Source: the human T2T-CHM13v2.0 reference genome, Homo sapiens
Length of the DNA stretch: 64,000 nucleotides
Direction: 5' to 3' (one strand)
Assembly (NCBI RefSeq): GCF_009914755.1
Contig: NC_060936.1
The position numbers and the translations under genes are program-made. Positions 43,181 through 61,528 of the stretch are shown here, piece by piece (position 1 is the first letter of the stretch; each line of letters opens with the position of its first letter). The notes beneath the pieces are model-generated. The model worked only from the letters and a program-made list of their open reading frames with translations. It searched no databases and was not told where the DNA came from.

Positions 43181-43806
43181 GTAAACTCAGACCAGGATCC
43201 TGGTGTCCCTGCCCCCATTGCTCTGGACAAACCCTGCAAGCATGAAAGTGACAGCAGCCAAGTGCTGCTTCAGCAAGACCCGTTCTGCCTGTGAAAGGGC
43301 CCCAGGGCACCCATCTCTTTCTCTCCCACTTTGGGCCCTCTGTTTACTCAAGGGCAATAAAACAAAGGCCGGACCAGGGGAATGACAAGTGTTCTGGCAC
43401 CGCCCACTGCTGCCAGCCCGGAAGCTCTCAAGGGCAGGCGTGCTTCTGAGTCTTGGACTCCCACTCTGACTTTGTCAGTGGCTCCTGTCTGTAAGCCAGA
43501 GTTAATGTCCAACTCCAGAATAGTAAAAAGTGACCTTACAACCATGTCAGAAATAGACCCCCAAGCAGGGCCTGTCCCTCCTCCTTCCCTGACGTCCTGC
43601 CCAGATTTTAGGGATCCACTAGCATAGCCATCCCTTTGTTCCCCTTTTCATCCACCAGCCAGAACTTCTCTTATCCCCGAACACTCCTGTCCCCAGCCCA
43701 CCCTCTGCCCACCAGTTCTCCCGGGTGAGACGGGGGCCATGGGAGGGAGGAGGTGCCCTGGGAGGAAGGATTGTGTGTGACCCAGGTCTTGGTTTGTCTC
43801 CCCAAG

Positions 43807-43890
43807 TCCTGTCCTGATGCCATCAAAGAGGTCTTCGACAATAAATTCCACATCATCGGCGCAGTGGGCATCGGCATTGCCGTGGTCATG
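43807..43890 (+). CDS. CD9: CD9 coding exon 7 ([28 protein letters not shown])
   Basis: Acceptor tctccccaag|TCC (AAG type), donor ATG|gtgagt; 84 nt. Confidence 0.98.
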
Positions 43891-44583
43891 GTGAGTGGCA
43901 GGACGTCGTCCCAGGAGGGGGACTGAGGAGTTCACATTGATTCAGCCCATGCTCTACCCAGACACCGCCGCACTCTGTGCATTTGTCAACTCACTTTGTC
44001 CTCGTGCCCTTAGTATTTCCATTTTACCACTAGGGAATGGAGAGACAGAGAGGCCGATGTTCTGATCAAAGCCTCTCACCTCCTGAGTGGAGTATCTGAG
44101 GCTCCCCCTGGGCTTCTAAAGAGTCGACTCTCTTAGCCGTTAAGGTTCAGGGCACATGGGTGGCAGTGCTGGCACTGCTAGTCCTCGGAGCATGTCTCCT
44201 CACGCACCTGCTGTTCTTCTCCCTAAGAAAGTAGTTCACTAGAGGCTACCGGCGTGGGAATTGTTCCATTTCCTGAAGTGCATCTGAACATGGGCAGCCA
44301 GAAGGAGGTCTCTCGCTAATCAGCCCCTAGAAACCAACAAGGGCCAACCAGGTTCCTTGGGGTCATGTCCTCTCTTCCCATGAGGGACAGCCCCAGACGG
44401 AACATGGTCCTCGCTGGGATGGCCTTGGCTCACTGAGTCTTCCCCCACCCCCGCCTGCCTCTGCCCTCTTGCCAGACTGCCCCCAAAGAGAGAATCGCCT
44501 CCTTTCTTAGTGGTTATTTGCACCCTTCACCGGCATCTTAAGAAAGGCATGAAGCACCTTTCAGCAAAATATACGACAATACC

Positions 44584-44889
44584 TTCTTTTTTTTCTTTTT
44601 TTCTTTTTTTGAGACGAAGTTTCACTCTTGTCGCCCAGGCTGGAGTGCAGTGGTGTGATCTCGACTCACTGCAACCTCCGCCTCTCTGGGTTCAAGCAAT
44701 TATCCAGCCTCAGCCTCCCGAGTAGCTGGGACTACAGGCGTGTGCCACCATGCCCAGCTGATTATTTTTAGTAGAGATGGGGTTTCACCATGTTGGTCAG
44801 GCTGGTCTCGAACTCCTGACCTCAGGTAATCTGCCCGCCTTGGCCTCCCAAAGTGCTGGGATTACAGGCGTGAGCCACTGTGCCCAGCC
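44584..44889 (-). mobile_element. Alu (intron 7)
   Basis: Alu consensus. Confidence 0.95.
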
Positions 44890-44922
44890 AAGATATAACA
44901 ATACGTTTTAAAATAGAATATT

Positions 44923-45012
44923 AACACTTTGGGAGGCCGAGGCAGGCGGATCGCACCACAGCACTCTAGCCTAAGCAACAGAGCAAGACTCCATCTCAAA
45001 AGAAAAAAAAAA
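44923..45012 (+). mobile_element. Internally deleted Alu fragment
   Basis: Left-arm piece fused at GATC to the right-arm end and A tail. Confidence 0.8.
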
Positions 45013-45377
45013 GAGTATTAAATAACATACACACAAAGACAAATGCAAAAGTACTAACCTGTATGGACTAGGACTATAGGAAAACCTGGAATTTGAGCAT
45101 TAAATTTGGCTCTGAGCTTACTTTCCCACCCTGAAAGTTCTCCAAGGAAAATGCTTGTGCAGCTGACTGCCAACCCCCCCAGATTCCTCACGTCCCGCAC
45201 CCTTCTCATTATCTGGCCTGCATCTCTCCTGCTTCAGCACCTTCTGACTCGTTTGGCCTCCTGGATGCCATTCTCCTTGTCATTTTTCTTGGACTGGGTG
45301 ACCCATGTCTCTCCCTTTCCCTCAGCCTTCCTTCAGATCAAACCACCCTGATCCTCATGTTTCTTCCTATCTCCTAG

Positions 45378-45443
45378 ATATTTGGCATGATCTTCAGTAT
45401 GATCTTGTGCTGTGCTATCCGCAGGAACCGCGAGATGGTCTAG
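45378..45443 (+). CDS. CD9: CD9 coding exon 8 (IFGMIFSMILCCAIRRNREMV*)
   Basis: Acceptor ctcctag|ATA; TAG at 45441-45443; exon lengths sum to 687 nt = 228 aa plus stop. Confidence 0.99.
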   Translation: MFGMIFSMILCCAIRRNREMV

Positions 45444-46278
<835 letters not shown>

Positions 46279-46569
46279 TAGATTGGGAGGTTGCTCACCC
46301 CAGTTTACTAATGAAGGAAATCTAGATGTGGAGAGATTAAAGGATTCTGATCCAAAGTCACACAGGTGTCAACAGAGGAGTCAGCACCAGCACCTGGTCC
46401 TCAGACGCTCATTCAGCAGTGGGGTATATCTTGGGGATATGACAGTACACCTCACACCATGGTGGCAGGAACTTTGTTTTATTCACTACCTAGCACCTAG
46501 TATCTGGTGCATGGTAGTGTTCAGTATTTTTTATCAGTTAATATTTTTTGGTTGAATGAATAAATGAGT

Positions 46570-47260
46570 GTGTACCCATCAGGGTTTCATCAGAGAAGCA
46601 GAACCACTAAGAGGTACTTGTTTGAAGAGATTTGTTGTGGGAATTTGACCTTACACAGTCACTGGCACTGGGGCTGCTTAAGCAGGCTCTGCAGACAATC
46701 GGGAAGGACAGACGGATATAAAGTAAGGGAGGACAAGCCCAAGTGGAAGCCCTTGAAGGCAGACACATCCGTCTGTGTCAGTTCTTTTTTGTTTTTTTGA
46801 GACAGGGTCTCACTCTGTTGCCCAGGCTGGAGTGTCATGGCCCAATCTCAGCTCCCTGCAGCCTTGACCTTCCTGGTCTCAAGCAAATCCTCCCAACTCA
46901 GCCTCCCAAGTAGCTAGGACTACAGGCATGAGCCACCACACCTGGCTAATGTTTGTATTTTTTGTAGAGAAGGGTTTTGCCATGTTGCCCAGGCTGGTCT
47001 TGAACTCCCGGTCTCAAGCAATCCACCTGCCTTGGCCTCTCCAAAGTGCTGGGATTACAGGCGTGAGCCACTGCACCCGGCCCCATGTCAGTTCCTGCCT
47101 CTGCTGAGGTGAGCCAGCAGAGAAGCCACAATTCGTGTGAGCTGTAAAATGACTGCTGCTTCACTTCCCACCTCCAAACCTTCCACAAGTTTCTCCTCTG
47201 TGCTCCACTCTAACCGGAAACACACGGGAAGGGAATTCTGGGAAGTGTGGTTCAGCTTAC
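46570..47260. mobile_element. Ancient ERVL-class LTR remnant interrupted by an Alu
   Basis: cagggtttcatcagagaagcagaaccact...gggaattctgggaagtgtggttc. Confidence 0.4.
46783..47082 (-). mobile_element. Alu (AluJ-like)
   Basis: Alu consensus; TSD tgtcagttc. Confidence 0.93.
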
Positions 47261-47534
47261 CCAGGTGGACAGATCACAAAGCCACCGCTGCATGGGAGGT
47301 GTGATCCGTGCCCAGACTGCACTGTCGTGGGCAATTCGGAGGCAAGCAGGCAATGATGGCAGAGTGGGATGAACAGGAGAAAGGTGAAGTGCAGAGGCAT
47401 AAGAAACCGATTTTTATGTTCCACTCCTTGATTCCATTTGGGTTCCTCCTTAACATTACAAAAAGAAAACCAGGAAAGAAGGATCAAAATGTCCCTGAAT
47501 GCCATTACATTCAAACATCAGAACACCAAAGTTG

Positions 47535-48295
<761 letters not shown>

Positions 48296-48315
48296 AGCTG
48301 GTTTGGCATTATTGA

Positions 48316-48726
<411 letters not shown>

Positions 48727-50040
48727 TAGGAATGGAGGAGACCCCTGCGTGTAACCTCCAGCTCCTTCTAGAGAAAGCAGGTCTCAGAGGCTACGAGCAC
48801 ATTCCATGCTGCAGCTTTGCTGAAGGGTAGGTTAGCGTGGAACAGACTGCAGCTACTTAAATCCTGGAACACCTCGGGGCTATCTATATCCTGCCTTTCT
48901 GTTTGTTGTTAATAATGTAAGGACAAATGGGCTAGCTTAAGCAAAAGTGAGCAATTAACGCAAGAATGAAAATGGTTGAGCCTTAGGAAGATTCCAGAAA
49001 CATGGACCAAGAACTCCTACAGCTCTCCATTTCTGCGCTACTATATTTTGCTCTTCGAGGAGACCAACTTTGTTACTCAGCCGCTTCCCGACCGGCTGCC
49101 CCCCAGCTCCCAAGCTTACACAGAGGCAACCTCCATTAGCCCCACTTGAAGTTTTAGGAGAGAAAATTTTGACCCAGTTTGAGTCAAATGTCTACCTCTG
49201 TTCCTTCAGCTAGCAGCGGGCAGGGAGGGGTGCGTGGAGGAAACACTCAGCCACCCTCTGTGACCTGCTGATTGGGCCCAGCGCCAGAAGACAAGGGATC
49301 ATTGAAAGCTGGCAGACATCCCAAAAGGAGCTGGCTGTCCACAATCAGGCCGAAACGAGCCTCCCTTGACTCTTGGCGGACAGGGCCAGGTGTAGCTCTG
49401 CAGTTTAGGGAGAACCAGGACAGCCTGCTGCTCTCGGGTCCTGAAGGGCCTTGGAGCAAAGGCCTTTAGGAAGTTTTAGGTCACAAAAAGGCAACAGACA
49501 CTGCCAAAAGCAACAACTGCTTTGGGTCCAGAAAGAATCTCCTTGAGCATAAGAGAAGCAGTTGTATGGAGGTGTTGGCCTCTTGGCTCAACTGTGAAAA
49601 GCAGCCCAGGGGCAACAAATTTGAATCAAAGCAGCTGGATTTAGTAAAAGGCTATTACTTTACCCAGTGCCCTCAAGGACTGAAAGTGCTTTAATATCCA
49701 TAAACCCCCCGGACTCTCCTCCCAAGGCCCTACTCTCCAAAACCACGTCCTCCAGAGGGAGTTGAGTGGCCAAGGGTGGGGCCAAGACTCCACATAGATC
49801 CAGGGGCTCATTCCATGATGCTCTCATTTCCTAGAGTCCTCCAGGTGTACAGGGAATTGTTTCACTGACAGACAGGCCAGGATATCTCATAAGCTTCTTG
49901 GGCACAAGTTGGAGTGGTATGGGTGGAATTCCAGCACAATTAGGCATATCGTGGTTGGGTGAACACAACCATACAAGGGGGAGAGGTCTCTACCAGTGGC
50001 CTGTGCAGTCCTGCCATGTTCTTTCCTGGTCAATGTTTTA

Positions 50041-50670
<630 letters not shown>

Positions 50671-51105
50671 ACTTTTACTAAATACTGTATTATTATATGC
50701 ATATTTCACAAGGCTCTGAGAAATACCCAGTACTTTGAGTAACAGACGTATAGTTCAAAGAGATCTCAGAGACTGGAATAATAGAATATGACACCCAAAG
50801 GATATATCTCAACAGGAATAAGTAAACAAAATCAAGCAATCCATACAATACGTTTAGCAGCCCTTCGTCCTTACCACAGCACTTTAAGTTAGCCGGGCAA
50901 GCATACATTTGGCTGGTTGGGTAACAGCCGAATTCTCATATGTTAAGTCTGGAGGGAATTAGAAGTGTTGATTTAGCAGCTCTGCTCTGTGGAAGATGGC
51001 ATCTCTGTGATTCTCTTGGCTTGTATCCCACGGTCATAAGGTAGCTGCTGCGGCTCCAGCCATTCCTACATTCACAGGTAGAGGTAGGGGAAGAACGACT
51101 GCTAA

Positions 51106-51492
<387 letters not shown>

Positions 51493-51989
51493 CTAGAAAT
51501 CTGTCACATGGCTACTCATAGCTATAAGGGAGACGGAAAATATGAGCATTTAGATTTCTTTTCAGTCTATAGTGAAGTTTGGAAAACGACAAGTGAGTTA
51601 AAGGTATCGTATTCCATTTCACATTTGGAGAAAACATAGGGTTGAGAGAAGTTAAATATTTGCCCCAATATCGTATAGTTAATAGGCTGGATACAGGTTT
51701 GAATCCAGGACTATCTTTCTCCCAGTTTCACTGCATATTTCGCACAGTGCTGCCTTCCAGGATTAATATCACAGGAGGAAACTTGACAGGGACATCCTGG
51801 AACATCTTTTGAGTGGAAGAACCCATTACATAAATGCAGGATGAAGAAAAAATTTCATTTGAAAAAGATGTGGAAATTTAGCTTGCCACAAACTTAATAG
51901 AAGCCAAAACTGAAGAGAGGATGCATCCAGAGAAGTGTCCAGATGGAGACAACTGAGCCACAGATGTGATAGTCAGCCCTAGGGGAATA

Positions 51990-52350
51990 TGGTGCTCTGT
52001 TCTGGGGCGATTCCTCAAGAAGAAAGTTGACCATCTACAGACACCTGGAGAGGACAGAACTTTTTTGGGAGGGTAGGCGGCCTGCCTAAAAACCTTGTCA
52101 CCCAAGAGGAGAGTGAAGCACCAGGGGATTGTAGCCTGGGGGAGGGGTCATCCAACAACACAACTGTCTTCGTTTTCAAATATCTTAAGGGCTGTAAGAT
52201 GAACCAGAATGTATGTTGTCCCAGAGGCCAGAATGAGAACTGATGGGCAGAACTCTCCGGTAAGATTTTGGCTGAACATAAAGGAAACCCCTTTAAACCA
52301 GGGCTGTCCAGCAGAGAAAATGCTCCCCATGAGTGGAGGGCCCCAGGACA
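51990..52350 (+). mobile_element. L3/CR1 LINE remnant
   Basis: tagcctgg...ttcaaatatcttaagggctgt...agattttggctgaacataaaggaaa resembles the CR1/L3 3' region. Confidence 0.55.
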
Positions 52351-53046
52351 TAGAGGGGACTCCAGGAAAAGCTACAGAGAAGATGTTGCTGATTCCTGCA
52401 CCCATGGGAACTTGATGCCCTCCATCTCTAGGAGCTTATAAAAATGTGAGTCTGCAAGCAAATACCCAGGAAAAGCAGCTCTCTCCCCCTCTATATTCAT
52501 TTACGGGGTGGGCGTGAGGGAAGGACCGCTAGTAAAAATTAAGTAATAGGAACAGTGAACATTTTTATGGGAAACCCCAAAATATTTCAAAATAATATTT
52601 TATCTCTGAAATTGTTGCTTTTTTTTTTTTAATATTCGATGCCATGGTTGGGCTCTTTAAGATGCAAGGAAGAGAGCATTCAAAGCCTTAAATGAGCTTG
52701 GTGGAAGGATATTCATCATCTCAACAGCTATACCACCACTCAGGAGTTTCTGCACTTTCTAAGCTGAATTCTGCAGAGACCCGAGACAGTAGTTCATGGG
52801 AGTCCTGCATATGGCATCTGCCCCAGCATCTCCACTTCTCTTTGCATCTCACAGGCAAGCTCCTTTAGCAGGAAGGATCTAAGTAGGTAGTTTGTCTCCA
52901 ACCAATAAGACGCAGCCTTATTGGCACCCCTTGGCAGAACACTACCAATCCCTGGTCCAATTGCCTGTGGCCAGGGAACAGCACTGATGTTCGGGATGCT
53001 CCACAGCCTTCCAAGCACAAAAATGTAGGCAGAAAGAACGCCCTGG

Positions 53047-53560
53047 TGCCGAGACCAGCTCGGTTGGGGAGACCCTAACCCAGTGGCACTAGAGGAATTA
53101 AAGACACATACACAGAAATATAGAGGTGTGAAACGGGAAATCAGGGGTCTCACAGCCTTCAGAGCTGACAGCCACGAACAGAGATTTACCCACGTATTTA
53201 TTAACAGCAAGCCAGTCATTAGCATTGTTTCTATAGATATTAAATTAACTAAAAGTATCCCTTATGGGAAACCAAGGGATGGGCCGAATTAAAGGAATAG
53301 GTTGGGCTAATTAACTGCAGCAGGAGCATGTCCTTAAGGCACAGATCGCTCATGCTATTGTTTGTGGTGTAAGGAACACCTTTAAGCGGTTTTCCACCCT
53401 GGGCAGGCCAGGTGTTCCTTGCCCTTATTCTGGTAAACCCACAACCTTCCAGCATGGGCGTTATGGCCATCATGAACATGTCACAGTGCTGCAGAGATTT
53501 TGTTTATGGCCAGTTTTGGGGACAGTTTATGGCCAGATTTTGGAGGGCTTGTTCCCAACA
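53047..53560 (-). mobile_element. MER9 solo LTR (HERV-K HML-3 / ERVK class)
   Basis: Minus strand reads TGTTGGGAACAAGCCC...AAAATCTGGCCATAAAC...GAGCTGGTCTCGGCA; 514 bp; TSD CCCTGG at 53041-53046 and 53561-53566. Confidence 0.93.
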
Positions 53561-53623
53561 CCCTGGGACACATTTCTGGTTCAAGCTGACGGGCTCAAGT
53601 ACTGCCTGGGACGGCCATTCTGA

Positions 53624-54246
<623 letters not shown>

Positions 54247-54770
54247 CACATGGTAGTTTTGATACCCCAAGGGGCTTTGGTGTCTCAGAGTAAATAGCCC
54301 TGACATTCTTGTCAAACAGCACCTGATGAGAGCTGTTTTTCTTAATCATTCTCCTTAAATTGACCACACTCCAAAAGAGGTAAGACTGTGTGTGGGGCTT
54401 TTTGAGAAAGAGAGGTTACCAAGAGGGTCTGTGAGCCATAGAAAGTCAAGTGGCAGAGTCAGCTACAGGTTCACCATTCCCAAGCCAGGCATCATTAGAG
54501 TCTAAGGACTTTATTCCACCAATCTGAGCTCTCTCCTGTCCCCTTCAGCCATGATTTGAACCCACCCAGGGATAAGGGACCCCGGGGTGGCTTCCACCCT
54601 ACCCACCTTCAGTCTTTAGGCCGCTTTGGTGAGGCCTCAGCATCTAATGTAATTGTCTTCACTCAAGTCTTGGCCATCAGACCCCTGGAGAGCTAATTTG
54701 ATTTCTTTCCTTTTAAATTAGATTTCCCCAAACCATCTGCTTCCACTGTGGAAATGCAGGCAGGATCAGC

Positions 54771-55075
54771 TTTTTTTTTTTTTTTTTTTTTTTTCAGACG
54801 GAGTCTTGCTCTGTCGCCCAGGCTGGAGTGCAGTAGCATGATCTCAGCTCACTGCAACCTCTGCCTCCTAGGTTCAAGCCATTCTCCTGCCTCAGCCTCC
54901 TGAGCAGCTGAGATTACAGACGCATGCCACCACACCCGTCTAATTTTTTGTATTTTTAGTAGAGACAGGTTTTCACCGTGTTCCCCAGGCTGGTCTCAAG
55001 CTCCCGAGCTCAGGCAATCCACCCGCCTCGGCCTCCCAAAGTGCTAGGATTACAGGCGTGAGCCACCATGCCTGG
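54771..55075 (-). mobile_element. Alu
   Basis: Alu consensus; TSD aggatcagct. Confidence 0.94.
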
Positions 55076-55509
55076 TGAGGATCAGCTCTTATTCCAGTAT
55101 AGAATCTCCACTACTCTGCAAGGAGTCGAGGACCCAGAGCTGACCTGGCCAAGCAAGGCAGTGTGTGACCCAGTGAGGCTAACACACCCGGCAAGGACAG
55201 GCAGCGGTGCTCATAGACCTCAGCATAGTTTGGGCTGAACAACTGATCCTCTGTACCACACTGGGAGCTGGGGAGGCATGGGGATCATTCTCTATTCTTA
55301 ACATATGGAGAAACAGGGCCAAAGAAAAGGGTCACTGATGCCGGGACCACAAAGCTCCAGCCAGCCTGGAGAAGAGCATGGTTACAGTAGAAAGCACAGA
55401 GACATGGGAAATAGACCTATGTACAACTTATGTCTCAGACACTCGACTAGCGTGTCTTCGGCCTCAGTTTCCTCATATAAATTGGAGCTAATAAAACATA
55501 TCAGGCCAG

Positions 55510-55855
<346 letters not shown>

Positions 55856-56130
55856 TCATCTGCAGATCAGTTATGCACCTCCTGAGCCTTCTTGCTGTGG
55901 CAATGCTGGGTGGCCGTGGCTTCCATGAACTCCCATGAGGAGTTGGGGTTGCTCAGTGGGATGCGGGCCAGAGTCACGATGCTGACATGAGATGATACAA
56001 CTTTGATTAAGGTTTATGGTAAAGTCACAGCTTTGTTTAAGACTGCACTAAAACTGATGACATTTCCGAAGCTTCTGACCAAAAATGTGGAGCACATAAA
56101 AGAAAGTCAGTTAAGGTTAAGAAGCATTAG

Positions 56131-56478
56131 AGCCGGGCACAGCGGCTCACACCTGTAATCCCAACATTTTTTTAAATTTTTATTTATTTATTTATTTTTT
56201 TGAGATGGAGTCTCACTCTGTCACCCTGGAGTGCAGTGGCACAATCTTGGCTCACCACAACCTCTGCCTCCCGGGTTCAAGCAATTCTCCTGCCTCAGTC
56301 TCCTGAGTAGCTGGGATTACAGTCATGCGCCACTACGCCCGGCTAATTTTTTGTATTTTTAGTAGAGACACGGTTTTGCCATGTTGACCAGGCTTGTCTC
56401 GAACTCCTGACCTCAAGTGATCCACCCACCTCAGCCCAAAGTGCTGGTATTATAGATATAAGCCACTGCACTCGACCC
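56131..56478 (-). mobile_element. Antisense Alu (about 56168-56478) abutting a short sense Alu 5' fragment (56131-56170)
   Basis: Alu consensus on both strands. Confidence 0.88.
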
Positions 56479-57234
56479 TGATCCACTTTTCTTAATCTTT
56501 TCTTAAAAGAGTTATCAGTGATGAAGAAAATGAGCAGGAGAATGAAGATGAAATGCAAAGACAGTATTCAGCAAATTAAAGTTAGGAATCCCCTGAATCT
56601 CTTGGAAACAAGAGAGCTGGTTTCCTGAGTATTTGCTTGGAGATCCACATTTCTCTAAGCTCTTGGAGATGGAAAGCACATAGGAGTTCAAGTCCCCATC
56701 AGTGCTGGAATCAGCAACACTTTATCTCTAGCTTCTCCGGGAGCCCTCACTGGCATGGATACCTCTCCATCACAATCCCCTGATGTTGAAAGAGACTCAG
56801 GGGAACTTCTAACTCTTCTGCCATGCACCCTGCCCCAGCCAGACCTAGAAAAACCTAGACCCAAATTCAGTGGCCACCACCATTTTATATCAGGCTGCCC
56901 TTCATTTCCTTCTGGACCAGCACGGAGTCCCCCATCACCTCCCATGTTCCCAGATCCTCCTGCAGATACCAAAGTGTTGGAAGGTGTAATAGGCGTTTGG
57001 TCACGAATGACATCTTGACCACTCTCTGGGTTTAAAGCAAATACAGAGGAGGAGGGTAATAGCACTTCAGTTATTTCAAATCTCTCTCTCCCAAGGAGAG
57101 GAGTATGTTTTCGGCCCTGGCTGACACAAGCAAATGTTTCATCATTTTCTCTATAATAAGAGTTAGCTATTATATCTAGTATAATTTATATCTCCTTACA
57201 ATTGTAGTAGGTTGGAAATTGTTGAATAACCAAT

Positions 57235-57600
57235 GTATAAACACAGTCTAGCCAAGAAAACAGAATCCAAAACAGGTAATTCATCAGAGAGAATTTAATA
57301 TAGGAAACTGGTTAAGCAAGTATTGAAAAACCACTAAGAGAACAAAGAAGTAATGCAGAAATCATAGCCAGGGAAAACAGCTGGCAGCCCTAGGGCTGCG
57401 GAACAGAAGGAAGAGATGGGATTATCAGATTCTAGAAGCCCAGAGGAGGGGCTCTGCAGAGTTGGGGCTCAGACCTTGAGGAGGGGGCATGTCCCAGCTG
57501 TTGCTGGTGACTCTGGGGGCTGTGGAGAGGCGACTCTTAAAACTTTCCTGAGGTGAGCAAGCAAGAAAGGAAAAGCTGGCCACCTCCTCTTCCCCACAGC
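57235..57600. mobile_element. Ancient LTR remnant (LTR33-like)
   Basis: aaaacagaatccaaaacaggtaattc...gagaatttaatataggaaactggtt. Confidence 0.35.
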
Positions 57601-58664
57601 CTGGCTTCTCCCAGCAGAGGGAAAGCTGTCATAACTTGAATATAATCGGAATCTTTGACAGTTACCTACAATTGAGCATCATCATTCTAGAATTAAGACT
57701 GTGTTTTGCAGCTTGAAGTCACTATGGGACTTCACCCTAAAAGGGATCAAGAAAGTCTGAGACTGGTCACATATCTATCTTGAGCCAGGGAACAACTACC
57801 CCTACTGACCACAATTTAGGAAAAACGTGAGACAGAAGAAAGGTGCTTTAAGATCGCAACCCACAAACCCTGCTTGTTCCACCTACCAGATGCAAATACA
57901 ACATGCTTGGCACATAGGAAACACAAAATACACGGCATTTTTCCTATGGAATCCTATTGACTGAAATGTAAGAGTGTTGAACTCCACCTCACCAAAAGAT
58001 TACAAAATCCTCGGGTTCCAGTTGTGCCAGGAGCAGGGTTGTCCGAAAGTGACTCTGAGCTGGGTTGCATGCACGGAGAGCTCATTGGGATCCAGGATTC
58101 CCCTTCTCTGAGTGGGAGGAGCCACCCCAAGCTCAGCTTCCCACAACTAGTAGCTTAACAGGGAATTGCAGCATTCCCTGGTCCAGGAGTCTCCGGGGCC
58201 TGGGCTTGTTCCGGCAGCTGTCACCAGTTAGCACTTAAATCCAGACTGCCTGGCCCCAAGCAGTCTGTGGGTCCTTCCCTTAATAAGGCTACTTTCATTA
58301 TTTGCCCTGCAAATAAATGCCAGGGTCCCTTCTCTGGAACATGACAACTCTGTCTTGCCGAGCCTTGCTGGACCTGTAAATTTTCCCTTCTCTTACTCCA
58401 CCTCCTCGGAAATAAATAAAAGGTCTTCTTTTACCCATGCCATTGGACATCGTGGGATTCATCCTCATCCCTGATGCTTTACAGGTGGGGACCCAGATAG
58501 AGCCCGTCTTGCACAACGGTTCCAAGTTAACTCCAGGGAACACGTGACAAGGGTAGATTGACTCAGACACACAGGGCCCCTATATTTGGGTCTTCTCTTT
58601 CTACCCAAATTTATAGACCTCTTCACACCAAATGCAGACCCTACCCCAACTGGATCTCCTTTGA

Positions 58665-58964
<300 letters not shown>

Positions 58965-59338
58965 TGAATCAGCTCTTTACCTTAACACATACTGTGCCCA
59001 CCACCACCCACCTAGAGTCCCTCCCTCTCTTCCTCATGAGGTCCTTCCTTCCCTCCAAGGCCCAGCTCAGAGCCTCCTCAACCCATCATCAGACCTTGTG
59101 GCAGAGACCTCTTGCTGATCGTCAGAGGCCCTTCCCCCTTTATGGAGGGTGCAGTCAGTGCTGGAAGGGGCTGCCCAGCCAGTCTCCCTGCATCTGCAAG
59201 GGATAATGGGACCACTTCTTGCTGGTGGAATAAAAGTGGAAGTGGTGAGCGTAACTTCCAGCACAGAAGCAGGTGTGTCTTCTCGGCTCTTTCTCCTCTA
59301 ACAGATCAATGGAGGAATCTAGAGGAAGGAAGAAATGA

Positions 59339-59721
<383 letters not shown>

Positions 59722-59892
59722 AGGATATCTTGTACTAAACACTAGGAATCCTGGGCTTGTCTGCTCCGGCAGCCGGCATTGCACCCCTCGTTGCAACCCA
59801 TTGCTACTTTGCTTGGCCTTCTATGGCCATCTGATGCTGCACGTTACATGAGGATGTTTTGGGTGACAAGCATCAGAAGCCCAAAGTCAAAC

Positions 59893-60201
<309 letters not shown>

Positions 60202-60334
60202 TGAGCAATAAGGAACTTCTGTCACATACAGGAAGGTCCGAGGAGGGGGAGTTCCATGGTTGACCATCCTTAGCACATCGGTTTTTGACTTTGTGTTTAT
60301 CCTTTCAAAGACACAAGGTGGCTACCACAACTCA

Positions 60335-60607
<273 letters not shown>

Positions 60608-61241
60608 TCAGATATGATCACATGCCCATTCTTAAACCAGGCAAGTAGGGTGGGAGGAATTACCACGGCAGGTCAGGCAAAGCAGTACTCATTCCCCAAC
60701 ACCCAGGGTTGGGAGGGTCCTGCCTCACCTGGAGCACGTGGCCTCCAGACACCCGGAGTCAAGTGGGACACAGCAATTTAGTGGCCCTAACACTGTGAGC
60801 CAGACTCATCTATCCCCCACATTGTACTTTCATCATCTCAACCTGTGAAAGGTATAAACTGCTGGGCAGGAGATCTGTATTTTGAAGATTTTATAGGGAG
60901 AGGGTTGGAGAGAGAGTGATATTTTACCAGACACTAAAACCTTCAAGAAATGATGGGGAGTGACCCAGGAGTCAGTAAATAATTGCAACAAGGTGATTCT
61001 TACTTCGTGCTCCAAGACGTCTGTTCTTTCCTGCTTTGTGACGCAGGCCTCCGTGCTGGCATTTGTGAAATGCAGATAACCTGTCTAATCTCTAAGGTCT
61101 CCAGTACTCTGGTTGTAATCTCCTGAGGCCAGGAGCTGGGTCTTCAGGTCTTCACTTTCTCTCTATGTCCCCAACACAGCTCTGGGGGCAGGGTTGACAT
61201 GCAGTGTGGACAGTAGCCATTCAAGAATTTTAACATTTTCA

Positions 61242-61528
<287 letters not shown>

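Noticed and set aside
42568-43239. 223-aa ORF antisense to exons 5-6
   Set aside because: Non-ATG start and a shadow of CD9 coding sequence
57600-58580. Unique-looking stretch checked for a pseudogene or RNA gene; octamer at 57890, CACGTG at 58541, AP-1 at 58559
   Set aside because: No recognisable protein or RNA homology, poly(A) tail or TSD; isolated motifs only
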